Assembly: GCA_963837175.1 (NCBI GenBank) | Contig: CAWIMJ010000012.1 | Location: 32,001-96,000, forward strand | Direction: 5' to 3' | Source: an uncultured Nitrososphaeraceae archaeon | Lineage (GTDB): Archaea > Thermoproteota > Nitrososphaeria > Nitrososphaerales > Nitrososphaeraceae | Length of the DNA stretch: 64,000 nucleotides | In this document: piece by piece, positions 54,169-64,000 of the stretch | Position numbering within the stretch: the first letter of the stretch is position 1 | How the letters are laid out: every line of letters begins with the position of its first letter | Position numbers and translations under genes: made by a program | The notes under the pieces: model-generated | The model's database searches: none | The model's input: the letters and a program-made list of their open reading frames with translations, nothing else | Told to the model about the DNA's origin: nothing

Positions 54169-55440
54169 TTGCGAATTTACACAAAGAAAATCTTAAGAAT
54201 AATTAAAGATAGAAGAAAAGTGATGAGTATAAGTTTAGACGATAATCATGGCCCTAAATATAAGGAACCAGAGACTAGTTCATCAATTAATAATTCATCC
54301 CATGATAATGCTTTCTCGTCTTTTCCGGCTGCATCTCAAAATATATCAGACAAAGAAGAGATATCATTCTCTGGAAAATCCGAAAACTATTGTGTATCGT
54401 TTATTGATATGGTAAATTCTACAAATATTACAGCACAAATTTCTCACGCAGAAAAAATTAGAAGGTATTATTCGATATTTATTAATACAATGGCAACTTT
54501 AGCTACAAACTACGGTGCAAAGATAATCAGAAATGCCGGCGATAGTCTAACATACTATTTTCCAAAAACAGCAGATTCAACCAACAAGGATGCTTTCAAA
54601 AATGTTATAGAATGTGGTCTTACAATGATATCAGCAGGAACCGTTCTCAACACGAGGATGTATGAAGAAGGATTGCCACCTATTAATTATAGAATTAGCG
54701 CTGACTATGGCAGAGTGGAGGTTGTCAGATCAGCCATTTCACAAAATGATGATTTATTTGGTCCTACTATGAACATATGTGCCACAATAAACTCTAAAGC
54801 ATTGCCAAACCAGATGGTCATTGGCGGCGATCTATATCAAATTATAAAGTCTTTTTCTCATTTTCATCATGATTATCAATTCAAGTCAGCAGGTGAATAC
54901 CATGTTGGCTTCAAACAAATGTATCCAATATATTCTGTATTAACTAAACATAGAACCCACACCCTATCCTCACATGAACAAATGAATAGATTAAAACCTG
55001 TCCAAATACATTCTTCTGCTACATCAGAATCCGATTATAGGGATCAGAAAGAACATACTCCTAATATTATGCTCGTAGATGATGACCCAGATATTCTTTT
55101 AACATACAAATCTATATTGGTTGATGAGAACTGCAATATCGAAACATTTACAGATGCCCAGGAGGCATTAAAACATTTTTCACAAGCGAACCATTCTAAC
55201 TATGATTTAGTATTATTAGATATTAGAATGCCTGGTCTTAATGGTCTTCAATTATATTACAAACTAAAAGCAATCAACATGGCGATAAAGATATTATTTG
55301 TCTCTGCGCTTGACGCAGCAGATGAATTGTTAAGCATATTACCTGATGTAAATGTGGACTATGATGTTATCAGAAAACCAGTCAATCGAGAAGATTTTGT
55401 TAACAAAATAAGGGCAGTCCTCTCAAGTTCTTTAAATTAG
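54169..55440 (+). CDS. Class III nucleotide cyclase domain fused to a C-terminal response-regulator receiver
   Basis: FIDMVNST, RNAGDSL, YRISADYG, DLFGPTMN; REC motifs IMLVDDD, LLDIRMPGLNG, SA, KP. Probable start MSISLDD near 54223. Confidence 0.88.
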   Translation: MRIYTKKILRIIKDRRKVMSISLDDNHGPKYKEPETSSSINNSSHDNAFSSFPAASQNISDKEEISFSGKSENYCVSFIDMVNSTNITAQISHAEKIRRYYSIFINTMATLATNYGAKIIRNAGDSLTYYFPKTADSTNKDAFKNVIECGLTMISAGTVLNTRMYEEGLPPINYRISADYGRVEVVRSAISQNDDLFGPTMNICATINSKALPNQMVIGGDLYQIIKSFSHFHHDYQFKSAGEYHVGFKQMYPIYSVLTKHRTHTLSSHEQMNRLKPVQIHSSATSESDYRDQKEHTPNIMLVDDDPDILLTYKSILVDENCNIETFTDAQEALKHFSQANHSNYDLVLLDIRMPGLNGLQLYYKLKAINMAIKILFVSALDAADELLSILPDVNVDYDVIRKPVNREDFVNKIRAVLSSSLN

Positions 55441-56377
55441 ATAGTTGATTCAAAATTACATGGCATTAATATTTTCTAGAGTTAATTATTATTATTATTA
55501 TTATTACTATTAACAATAATATTATTATTAACTTTATACAGAATGATTAATTTTTGTTTTAATATTTTATTAGTTCTCTATTTTTATAGGCGTACACTTT
55601 TTAATCTGATGTATTGCATCGTCTGCTATTGTTATATTGTTAACATCTAACGAACAGATTCTATGTATACTAGTACATAATTATTATGATAGCATTATCT
55701 TGAATTATATTTTATGTCTTCCAGTGAGATGACCAAAACATAATGCAAGTTTACCAACTCATAAGAAGTTTCTCAGAAATGTCTGGAAACAATTGCTTTT
55801 ATGAGAATTAAAATTATGTTCTTCAATAAATAAGTAATGGAGTAAATTACTTGATCCACTACTAATAATTAGGAAAAGCAAAATTTCAATTGGTTGATAT
55901 TCTAGGCAAATCTACTTCAATAGAATTTGGCATGAGTTAAATAACATAGATGTTAACGAAATGCCTTTTAATACTCGTAGTCGTTACACCTCAAAGTAGA
56001 TTAGGTGGTCACTATAATAGATAACTTTAGGTATTGACAGATTCATAAAAATAATTTGGCCTTTTGATCAACTGTGATAGTACCAGATAATAATATTATT
56101 CTGCCGAGCATAGTCAATATTTCCATAAGTATGAATTTACTACGTCAAAGCCATTCTTAGCATCTTTATTTCTAAAAGAAATAATCTCTGTAACACCAGA
56201 AGCCTTTAATAAAAAAATCCAATATTTCTAATTGAAATGTGCCAAATAGATGCGTTCTATAGATACAAGTATTTCCAAGTATTTCCATGCATGTATGAAT
56301 GCATCAGAATAAATAAATGGAGAAATTTCAAAACAGATATAATATTACGCATGCTTTAGTTTCTTTTAGTATTCGCA

Positions 56378-57553
56378 TTGCTAATATCCCATATAGCTGA
56401 TATTCATCTAGGATATTCACAATTCAATTTGCAGGAAAGAGAGGAAGACATCTATGAAGTGTTTGAAGAAGCAATTGACAAATCTATATCAGAGCATGCA
56501 GATATCGTCATATTAGCAGGTGATATTTTTCATACACCACGACCAAGTGGTTCTTCAATAATAAAGCTGGCAAATGAGCTCAAGAAACTAAAGGAAAAGT
56601 CTATTCCTGTCTTTTTTGTCCTAGGAGAGCATGATATTAATAGAATGCAAGATGTTCCTGTACCCTACGTTTTTCATAATCTCCGATTGGCAACTAGATT
56701 GAAGGAGAATCAACCATTACGGCATAGAAACATAACTATCTTTGGTTTTGATAAGGAAAGAAAGAGTAATATGCAGAATCTGTTAGAACGATTCCAATTC
56801 ACACAGGAGCTAGCACAGCAACAAAAAAAAGATGTAGGAGGATCAAATAATAAAAATATTCTTGTCCTTCATCAGGGCCTTACAGATTTTAACAAATTTG
56901 CTGGCGAACTCAACTCTACTGACCTTCCAAAGGCGTTCGACTATTATGCAATGGGTCATTACCACGATCATATCGAAAAGAAATTCGATTATCTTGATGG
57001 CTTAATATCATATCCAGGCTCGCTGGATTTAACTCCTAGTGAAGGAATTAAAGAAGTTGACAAGGGATTTTGTCTTGTAGATACTTCTGGACAAGAAGTA
57101 AGAACCAATTGGATAAGGTTGGAGAAAAGGAGGCCACAATTTTCAGTAAAGGTAGATTATGAATTGCTAGAACAGGATTTGGCCGATCTTGTAAAGAAAA
57201 CAAGAAATTACGAAAAGAAACCTATAGTATTATTAAAAATAATAGGAAAAGAAATTGATTCAAAAACCATAGCATCAAAGTTAGTAAAATTAAATTCTTT
57301 CTGCTTGCATTATGTATGGCAACCATTAGAAGACTACATAACCTCACCTCTATCTTATGACGAGAAACCATTTGATATGGACAATGAATTACACAAACTA
57401 GCAAAAGAGGCATTAAAGTCAGAATATCTAGCTTCACTTGCTATAAAGGAGATATTGCCTTTGGCAGGCCGAGGAGATTCGAAAGTGACATTAGATCTGC
57501 TTTGGAAAATCTACAATGACATAAAAGCATATGGAGGAGAATTAAAATTTTAA
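56378..57553 (+). CDS. mre11: DNA double-strand break repair nuclease Mre11
   Basis: ADIHLG, AGDIFH, GEHD, VLHQG, MGHYH, YPGS. Confidence 0.92.
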   Translation: MLISHIADIHLGYSQFNLQEREEDIYEVFEEAIDKSISEHADIVILAGDIFHTPRPSGSSIIKLANELKKLKEKSIPVFFVLGEHDINRMQDVPVPYVFHNLRLATRLKENQPLRHRNITIFGFDKERKSNMQNLLERFQFTQELAQQQKKDVGGSNNKNILVLHQGLTDFNKFAGELNSTDLPKAFDYYAMGHYHDHIEKKFDYLDGLISYPGSLDLTPSEGIKEVDKGFCLVDTSGQEVRTNWIRLEKRRPQFSVKVDYELLEQDLADLVKKTRNYEKKPIVLLKIIGKEIDSKTIASKLVKLNSFCLHYVWQPLEDYITSPLSYDEKPFDMDNELHKLAKEALKSEYLASLAIKEILPLAGRGDSKVTLDLLWKIYNDIKAYGGELKF

Positions 57554-57554
57554 C

Positions 57555-59651
57555 ATGATAAAGGACATCAACCTACATAATTTCATATCGCATAGAGATA
57601 CTTCACTATCTTTAGACAAGGGAATCACGATTTTTGTAGGACATAATGGATCAGGTAAATCGAGTATAATAGATGCAATAACTTTCGCTTTGTTCGGAGA
57701 GCATACAAGGAAATCCAATAAGAACCTTATACTTAGAGGGGCTTCCTCATCTTTCACTCGCCTAAACTTTTTTGTTAATTCAAAAGAATATAGTGCTTAC
57801 AGACAGATAGGATCTCTAGGACAATCAATATCGGCAAAATTAGATCTTGTATCAGACTCAAACAATATTATAAATAAACCCATCGTAGCAGGCGAAAGAA
57901 AACAATTTGGAGAGTCTATGAGTGCAGAAGTTGCAAAGACTCTTGGGGTAGACTATAAGAAATTGAAAGTAGCGACTATTATACAGCAAGGAGAACTTAA
58001 CAGAATAATAGAGTTCCACCCTAAAGACTTCAAAGAACTTCTCAATGGAATGATAGGTATGGATAGATTGGATCTGGCTTATCAAACAATGCATGAAATA
58101 ATTGATGGCTTCAGGGAAAGACTACGTGAGCATAATAATGGATTTGATGATAAACAAATTGAATCAATACGCAATAGCATACAACACAATATTTCTGAAC
58201 TCTTTGATTCTGAAAGCATTCTAAAGCAATTAGAAAATGAAAGAAATAGAGCAAATACAAAGTTGCGTTCAATTGAAAAAGAAATAGAACGTATTGAACC
58301 ATTGATACTAAAGGCAAGAGAACTTCAAACAATGGAAAACGCTCTTATGAAATATCTCACTGAAAAAAAGGATTGCATTTTAGACGACATTGTAAAACTT
58401 GATCGCATAATAAAAGAGGCACATACCTCGATACAAATAGTTTCAGGAAAGGAAGAAATCAGAATTAACCTTCAAATGGTAAGATCTGAAGTTGAAGACG
58501 CAGAGCTCAGAATCATAAACAATGAAGGAGAATCTGGAAGACTAAAAGGATTATTAGAATTTGCCAAAAAACTAGAAATTAAGGATGGAAAATGTCCTGT
58601 CTGCAATTCAAAGGTTCAAACGATTAACAAGATGTTAGATACGGATCATATCAAAAATGAAATAAAACAGAAGAATGATGAACGATCAAAACTATTAACA
58701 GAGAGAAGTAATGCAAAGAAAGAAGAATCTTTTCTAGAGGAAAAAGAAAAGCCAATTGCAGCATCTGAAAAGTTTCTTGCTTCAAATAATATCTCCAACC
58801 TTCAAGATATAACAAAATTAGAAAATGACCTTTTTCATAAAAGGAATGATTTGTCAAAACTTCCCAAGAATATTGTAGGAATAGGTGAAGATCCTACGGT
58901 ATTCATGATTGACGACTTTTCAAAATCCTTAGTCGAGAATATTATAAAGCTTAGATTTGAAGTAAAGAACTTGCGAATACAAGATTATATAGATGCAAAG
59001 CTCAATCATACCCATCTTTCTGATGCTTTGCTTGAAATTAATATAAAAATAGGCTCATCTCAAAAATCTATTCAGCAAGCTACAAAATTTATTGATGACT
59101 TTAATAGAATCCTTACAGAACTCGAAAATGCTCCTAAATACATTGACATATTGGAAAAAATTCGATCAACTGTGTTTAATCGTGATGGGTTGGTAGGATT
59201 AAGTCTTCGTTCATGGGCATTAAAAACGATCTCTTATAAGGCTTCAGAATATGCAACCATGTTTAATATAGGAATTTCAAGAATAGATTTGACAGAGAAA
59301 GTCAAAGATGTAGATATCATCTGTTATGGAAGACATGGAGAAATTGACATGAATTGTCTAAGCGGGGGCGAAAAAGTTGCAGTAGCACTTGCACTCAGAC
59401 TTGCAATTGCATATATGATGGGTTCAAGTAAACTCGATTTCATAATTTTAGACGAACCAACAGCTCATTTAGATGCAGAAAGACGAAAATCCATGGTAAA
59501 AATTATTTCGGAAGCATTCAAAGATGGAAATGGACCTCTTTCTCAAATTATTATAATCACTCATGATGCAGAAATCTTTGAGGATTCGGAGGTTGATAGA
59601 ATTTATCGTTTCACAATGAGTATTGATGGTTCGAATGTATCGACAGAATAG
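57555..59651 (+). CDS. rad50: DNA double-strand break repair ATPase Rad50
   Basis: Walker A GHNGSGKS, Q-loop IQQGE, zinc hook CPVC, signature LSGGE, Walker B ILDEPT, ITHD. Confidence 0.95.
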   Translation: MIKDINLHNFISHRDTSLSLDKGITIFVGHNGSGKSSIIDAITFALFGEHTRKSNKNLILRGASSSFTRLNFFVNSKEYSAYRQIGSLGQSISAKLDLVSDSNNIINKPIVAGERKQFGESMSAEVAKTLGVDYKKLKVATIIQQGELNRIIEFHPKDFKELLNGMIGMDRLDLAYQTMHEIIDGFRERLREHNNGFDDKQIESIRNSIQHNISELFDSESILKQLENERNRANTKLRSIEKEIERIEPLILKARELQTMENALMKYLTEKKDCILDDIVKLDRIIKEAHTSIQIVSGKEEIRINLQMVRSEVEDAELRIINNEGESGRLKGLLEFAKKLEIKDGKCPVCNSKVQTINKMLDTDHIKNEIKQKNDERSKLLTERSNAKKEESFLEEKEKPIAASEKFLASNNISNLQDITKLENDLFHKRNDLSKLPKNIVGIGEDPTVFMIDDFSKSLVENIIKLRFEVKNLRIQDYIDAKLNHTHLSDALLEINIKIGSSQKSIQQATKFIDDFNRILTELENAPKYIDILEKIRSTVFNRDGLVGLSLRSWALKTISYKASEYATMFNIGISRIDLTEKVKDVDIICYGRHGEIDMNCLSGGEKVAVALALRLAIAYMMGSSKLDFIILDEPTAHLDAERRKSMVKIISEAFKDGNGPLSQIIIITHDAEIFEDSEVDRIYRFTMSIDGSNVSTE

Positions 59652-59772
59652 ATATTTTAATTAAATAAAGAGCAGTCATCGATCTGCTAATAAATCTCGG
59701 TACATTCCATTAAATGTCCGAAATGACTAGATTAGTAATTAAATTTTTTTATTCATTATCTATTATTATTCA

Positions 59773-60246
59773 TTATCCTCCTGTCATTCTGGTGAATTTA
59801 TTGTTTCTTTTCATGGTGGAAACATAGTCGATATTTGCAAGAGCAATAATCGCTGATTCTCTTACTTCTTCACTTTCATCTTTCAATGCTTCATTGAGTA
59901 TTTCTCTTCCTTCTTCAGATCCAATCACACCTAATGCAACTGCTGCTTCATGTCTAACAAAATAACTTGGATCTGATTTAACAGCATTGAAAAGAGCGGG
60001 CATAGCAGTCTGGTAGCCAATCTGACCCAAAGAAAAAGCTGCCTCATGTCTTACCAATGCGTTCTTGTCATCCTCGAGGACTCTACTAATAGGTTCTACA
60101 GCATCTATACCGGACATATCTGCTAATATGCATATAACACGAGTTCTAATAACACTATCTTCATGACTCAACAAATCCTTGAAATATTGTTTGTTTTGAT
60201 TATCGTATTGTAGTTTCCATTTCTTCGAATAATCTGATCCTGACAT
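59773..60246 (-). CDS. HEAT/PBS-lyase repeat protein with two His-Glu motifs (deoxyhypusine hydroxylase-like half protein)
   Basis: LVRHEAAFSLGQIG, FVRHEAAVALGVIG, EVRESAIIALA. Confidence 0.85.
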   Translation of the reverse strand: MSGSDYSKKWKLQYDNQNKQYFKDLLSHEDSVIRTRVICILADMSGIDAVEPISRVLEDDKNALVRHEAAFSLGQIGYQTAMPALFNAVKSDPSYFVRHEAAVALGVIGSEEGREILNEALKDESEEVRESAIIALANIDYVSTMKRNNKFTRMTGG

Positions 60247-60649
60247 CAGACTTTACACATCTTTCATCAATCATATTGATAACTGATTGGAAATCTCATA
60301 TCATAAATATTTGCTTATTGCGCTGACAGTATACCTGTTAAATAGTGTATATATTGTATAGATTATATAGTTTAGAATAATATGTCATATTATAGTTCTT
60401 CACAGTTTATTGACTCCACACAAACAACATAGAAGAAGAAAAAATTAGAGATGATAAAAATAAGAAAAGTCAGTATTAAATAGGTAGACAGATGAAAGTA
60501 GCTGAACCCATTATTTTCATGCATGTATATCTATTCTTATGGAATTCTTTAGAACGTAGCACAGATTTTATATTTTACGAATGTGTTATGAAATTCTCTT
60601 TTAACTTACCCACCACATTATTATAAAGCTGACAAATTATATTGATAGC

Positions 60650-61111
60650 ATGCGTTTAAGATACTGGCGATTAGGCATTACCGATGTTTTAGAGGCAAAG
60701 TACCCTATTGAAAAGGCTAATCACTGGGAAATTAAATGTATGCAAGGAGAATATCAACACTTTGGCGTTTTCTGGTATAAATTCGGTACACCTTATGATA
60801 AGGAACCTGTTCATGGCATTTGCTTCTATTATAACGAGATCCCACAAAAAACTGTAGAGGAGATCATAGAATTACTGCATACTAAATTCGGCGGAAAGAT
60901 TCTGTATAAACAAACAAGAGTTTTCTTACAAGGCTCAAAGGAGTTTGCTGATCCAAAATCTGTAGGAACACTCGCAAATGAGTTAAGTTTAAAATTCAAA
61001 TCACCAGTTGAACTCACTATCGAGTTTGAAAAAGTAACAAAAGAAGAACAAGAAAAAAATAGCTATAATTTGCCTTCAGGTAAGATGCTACCTATAGTAG
61101 GGCAGGACTAG
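60650..61111 (+). CDS. Conserved hypothetical protein
   Basis: 153 aa, globular composition, TATA-like TTATAAA upstream; no function recognised. Confidence 0.75.
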   Translation: MRLRYWRLGITDVLEAKYPIEKANHWEIKCMQGEYQHFGVFWYKFGTPYDKEPVHGICFYYNEIPQKTVEEIIELLHTKFGGKILYKQTRVFLQGSKEFADPKSVGTLANELSLKFKSPVELTIEFEKVTKEEQEKNSYNLPSGKMLPIVGQD

Positions 61112-61221
61112 GTTAATAAACTGATACAAAACGTTCATCTAACTTTATTGGCGTTCAAATAGGTCTTCAAAGTTGACTGATGCACCATCATTGTCATTCT
61201 TTTGAAGAATTTATCGTTTGG

Positions 61222-61668
61222 CTATAAAGTAGCAGTGCTTTCTGGATAAGTATCTAGCATTGACTTTAACTTTGTTATCAAATTTGAAATGCTAACAGGT
61301 TTGCTGATAAAATCAATTACGTGAACAGATGGTATTACCTTTTTGAATTCATCCTTATTTATTTCGAAGGCTGTTATGAATGCAATTTTTGGAGACGATC
61401 TCCTCTCTTTTATTCTACGATATAATTCAAATCCGCTCATTTTAGGCATTCTAATATCAGTGAGAATAATATCGTAGTAATATTCAGAATGACTTTCAAA
61501 AGCCTGTAAAGCTGATTCACCATTAGAGAAAGTATCTACCTTGAAAACATTATCTGATTCCAAACCTCGTTTTATGATAGATAATATGTCCTTCTCATCA
61601 TCGACAACCATAATTCTGGGAATCAAATTTCCCCGTCGATTTTTACTCATAAAAATATTGTAGATCAT
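61222..61668 (-). CDS. Stand-alone response regulator receiver protein
   Basis: IMVVDDEKD, LTDIRMPKMSGFEL, FITAF, ISKP. Confidence 0.92.
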   Translation of the reverse strand: MIYNIFMSKNRRGNLIPRIMVVDDEKDILSIIKRGLESDNVFKVDTFSNGESALQAFESHSEYYYDIILTDIRMPKMSGFELYRRIKERRSSPKIAFITAFEINKDEFKKVIPSVHVIDFISKPVSISNLITKLKSMLDTYPESTATL

Positions 61669-61979
61669 ACCTTACGTAAAAATGTTATCTATATCTATAT
61701 AGAAAATTAATCCTTTTAATCTTATATAATATTTATTGTAATATTTATATTTATTATAAATTCGTGATAACAAAATCCTTTACTTTTATCGAAGAATTAT
61801 TATCCATACTGAATTAGATTCAATTTATCTAAAATTTATAACGACAAATAAATTCAATAACGCGATACGATAGATATAATTGCTCTTGTTAGTTCTGTCT
61901 TAATAGCTAATTTCACCTTGGAACGTATTATTGAACACAACTATTCCAATTTTATACATACATATATAATAATGCAAAA

Positions 61980-62498
61980 TTGATATACCTGAGGCAAAGT
62001 GAAAATACCGTGTCTGCTACAAGTCAGGAAAACTGGATAAATCTCCTTCTTGAAGAAAAAATATATGATTTTAATAAATGGAGGATGAAAAATCTCATTA
62101 TTAGACCGGATATAAGCGGCAAGAATTTGTCTAACAAAGATCTTTCCGGAGCTTATTTTAATGGCGTTTCTTGTGTAGAAACAAATTTCTCTCACTGCAA
62201 TTTATCCAAGGTCAATTTTGTCCAAGCAGATCTCACAGCAGCTAATCTTGAGGAAACGAACCTTACTGATGCATTGTTAATGTATGCAGAAATGAAAAAT
62301 TGTAATCTTAGAAAGGCCACCTTGATTCGAACAAATCTCATGTGGACCAATTTGCAAAACTCTGATCTATCGGGGTGCAAAATGTCAAAGACAGTGTTAG
62401 TGGAGGCAGATATGAAGAATGCAAAAATTATTGATGTTGACAGAACTGGGGCTTATTTAAAATATGCTAAACTTGAAAAAACTGCTTGGCAAAATTAA
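61980..62498 (+). CDS. Pentapeptide repeat protein
   Basis: FNKWR followed by ADLTA/ANLEE/TNLTD-type repeats. Confidence 0.92.
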   Translation: MIYLRQSENTVSATSQENWINLLLEEKIYDFNKWRMKNLIIRPDISGKNLSNKDLSGAYFNGVSCVETNFSHCNLSKVNFVQADLTAANLEETNLTDALLMYAEMKNCNLRKATLIRTNLMWTNLQNSDLSGCKMSKTVLVEADMKNAKIIDVDRTGAYLKYAKLEKTAWQN

Positions 62499-63214
62499 GC
62501 AGTAATAAAGATTCTCTAATTATAAGCATTATTCTCTGGTGGCAATATCCTAGACATACATTACTTTTTAAGCTTTAATATTTTGGCAGACAATATACTA
62601 GAATACTTATAAGAAGAATTCATATCAGAAATTTGAGTTGAGTTCAGTAAACTGATTTATGAAGTATATATTAGAGTACTGTAAAAGATCCAAAATATAC
62701 AATAGGCATATAAAAATGCATAAAAATGCAATTATTATTAATCTTCATTTAGTATTCTTTTTTTTCGTCTAACAAAAGATGATATTGATGTTACCGAGTT
62801 TTATTTCATTTATTCCAAAAGTTTAAGCTCACATATAAAACTGATTTTCTTTCCATCACATTCATGTATAACGTCTATTATTTCATTGTCATTTTCTTTA
62901 ACACCGTAATCATCTAAAGCTTTTTTTCTTTAGGCTAACTAGTCAGGTACCTTAATAAAACTATCACAAGGATTAATGCCGCCTGTGCATGAATGATACC
63001 ATTAAACTAAATTAATCAAAGTCTGTAAGACTTGTAGTAATAAGGTAACAAAATTATTGGAACACAAAATTACTTACAAGTAAAAATATTAGCATCATCT
63101 TTTCTAAGTTATTAGAATATTAATTCTTAATCACAAGACAAGATAAGCATATTTCTATTTGTACATAATGTATTTGTAGGGATTGATAACTGTTAATAGA
63201 GATACGGGAGAAAA

Positions 63215-64000
63215 TTGTCATCTCAACAAATAAGTAAACTCAAATTAGTCCTTTTACTTATCTCATCATATATTGTTGTTGAATTCATTAGTGGTTTATT
63301 AACTGGCAGTTTGGCTTTGATTGCTGACGCTGGGCATATGCTTGCTGATGCAGGAGGTCTTACTTTGGCTCTTTTTGCCATAAATTTTTCTACCAAGCCC
63401 GCAACTCCACAACGAACTTATGGCTTTTATAGAATAGAAATACTTGCAGCATTGGCAAATAGTGCTGTATTGATCTTGGTCTCTGTATATATTATATATG
63501 ATGCATACGAACGTATTATTGAGCCTCCTCAGATAAAAGGAACTGCACTAATAATAGTAGGTACCATTGGCTTAGTAGTGAATTTGGTTGGAATGTATAT
63601 TCTCAAAGGTCATGCTAGTGGGAATCTGAATATAGAAGGTGCATATTTGGAAGTTCTTAAAGATACTCTAGGTTCTGTTGGCGTTGTTGTCGTTGGTGTG
63701 ATAACATCTATTAGTGAATTTTATCTGATAGACCCAATTATCAGTGTTGGCTTGGCATTTTACATACTTCCTAGGACATGGTCATTGATGAAAAAGTCGA
63801 TCAACATATTAATGGAGGGAGTTCCTATAAATATATCTTATGAGGAAGTAAAGAAAGCCATACTGCAGATAAAAGGCGTAACAGGCATATTTGAAATGCA
63901 TATATGGACTATAACATCCGGGATGGATGCAATCACAGCACATGTAGTAGTAAGCGATCCTAGTAAATCACAAACAATTCTAAAGGCAATATCTTCTATG
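63215..64000 (+). CDS. Cation diffusion facilitator (CzcD-like), runs off the window end
   Basis: Manual translation from TTG: MSSQQISKLKLVLLL...GSLALIADAGHMLAD...RTYGFYRIEILAALAN...NLNIEGAYLEVLKDTLGS...ILMEGVP...MHIWTI. Confidence 0.92.
   Translation, partial: MSSQQISKLKLVLLLISSYIVVEFISGLLTGSLALIADAGHMLADAGGLTLALFAINFSTKPATPQRTYGFYRIEILAALANSAVLILVSVYIIYDAYERIIEPPQIKGTALIIVGTIGLVVNLVGMYILKGHASGNLNIEGAYLEVLKDTLGSVGVVVVGVITSISEFYLIDPIISVGLAFYILPRTWSLMKKSINILMEGVPINISYEEVKKAILQIKGVTGIFEMHIWTITSGMDAITAHVVVSDPSKSQTILKAISSM

Noticed and set aside
55484-55532. (TTA)n / (TAT)n microsatellite after the cyclase gene
   Set aside because: Simple repeats of this kind are common throughout this AT-rich window and carry no specific signal.
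1856-62380. Many short ORFs antisense to or nested in recognised genes (e.g. 3911-4279, 18057-18533, 29631-30005, 46819-47280)
   Set aside because: They are shadow frames of genes with clear family motifs and have no independent motifs.

Overview
AT-rich archaeal chromosomal window with low coding density. Gene content (DUF6659/roadblock-like proteins, a PQQ/GSDH beta-propeller, cyclase-REC fusion, HD-GNAT protein, Clp1 kinase, prefoldin beta, Mre11/Rad50) points to a soil ammonia-oxidising archaeon of the Nitrososphaeraceae; this is an inference. I found no rRNA, tRNA, CRISPR array or intact transposase. The window holds about 45 intact genes for signalling, transport, hydrolysis and DNA repair, plus many decayed or frameshifted genes (MFS, Nramp, kelch, SDR, LLM, ALDH). 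Two segments are visibly GC-richer and probably acquired: the CoA-transferase and the MFS transporter. The best leads are: (1) a 157-aa HEAT-repeat protein that looks like one half of eukaryotic deoxyhypusine hydroxylase (59773-60246); (2) an unannotated ~130-nt structured RNA candidate with its own TATA box (6731-6862, minus strand); (3) an arcadin-1-like protein; (4) unusual zinc-finger fusions and three microproteins missed by the ORF track; (5) a three-copy MarR operator palindrome and iteron-like repeats upstream of an HTH gene. All family calls come from motif recognition by eye, not from database searches.
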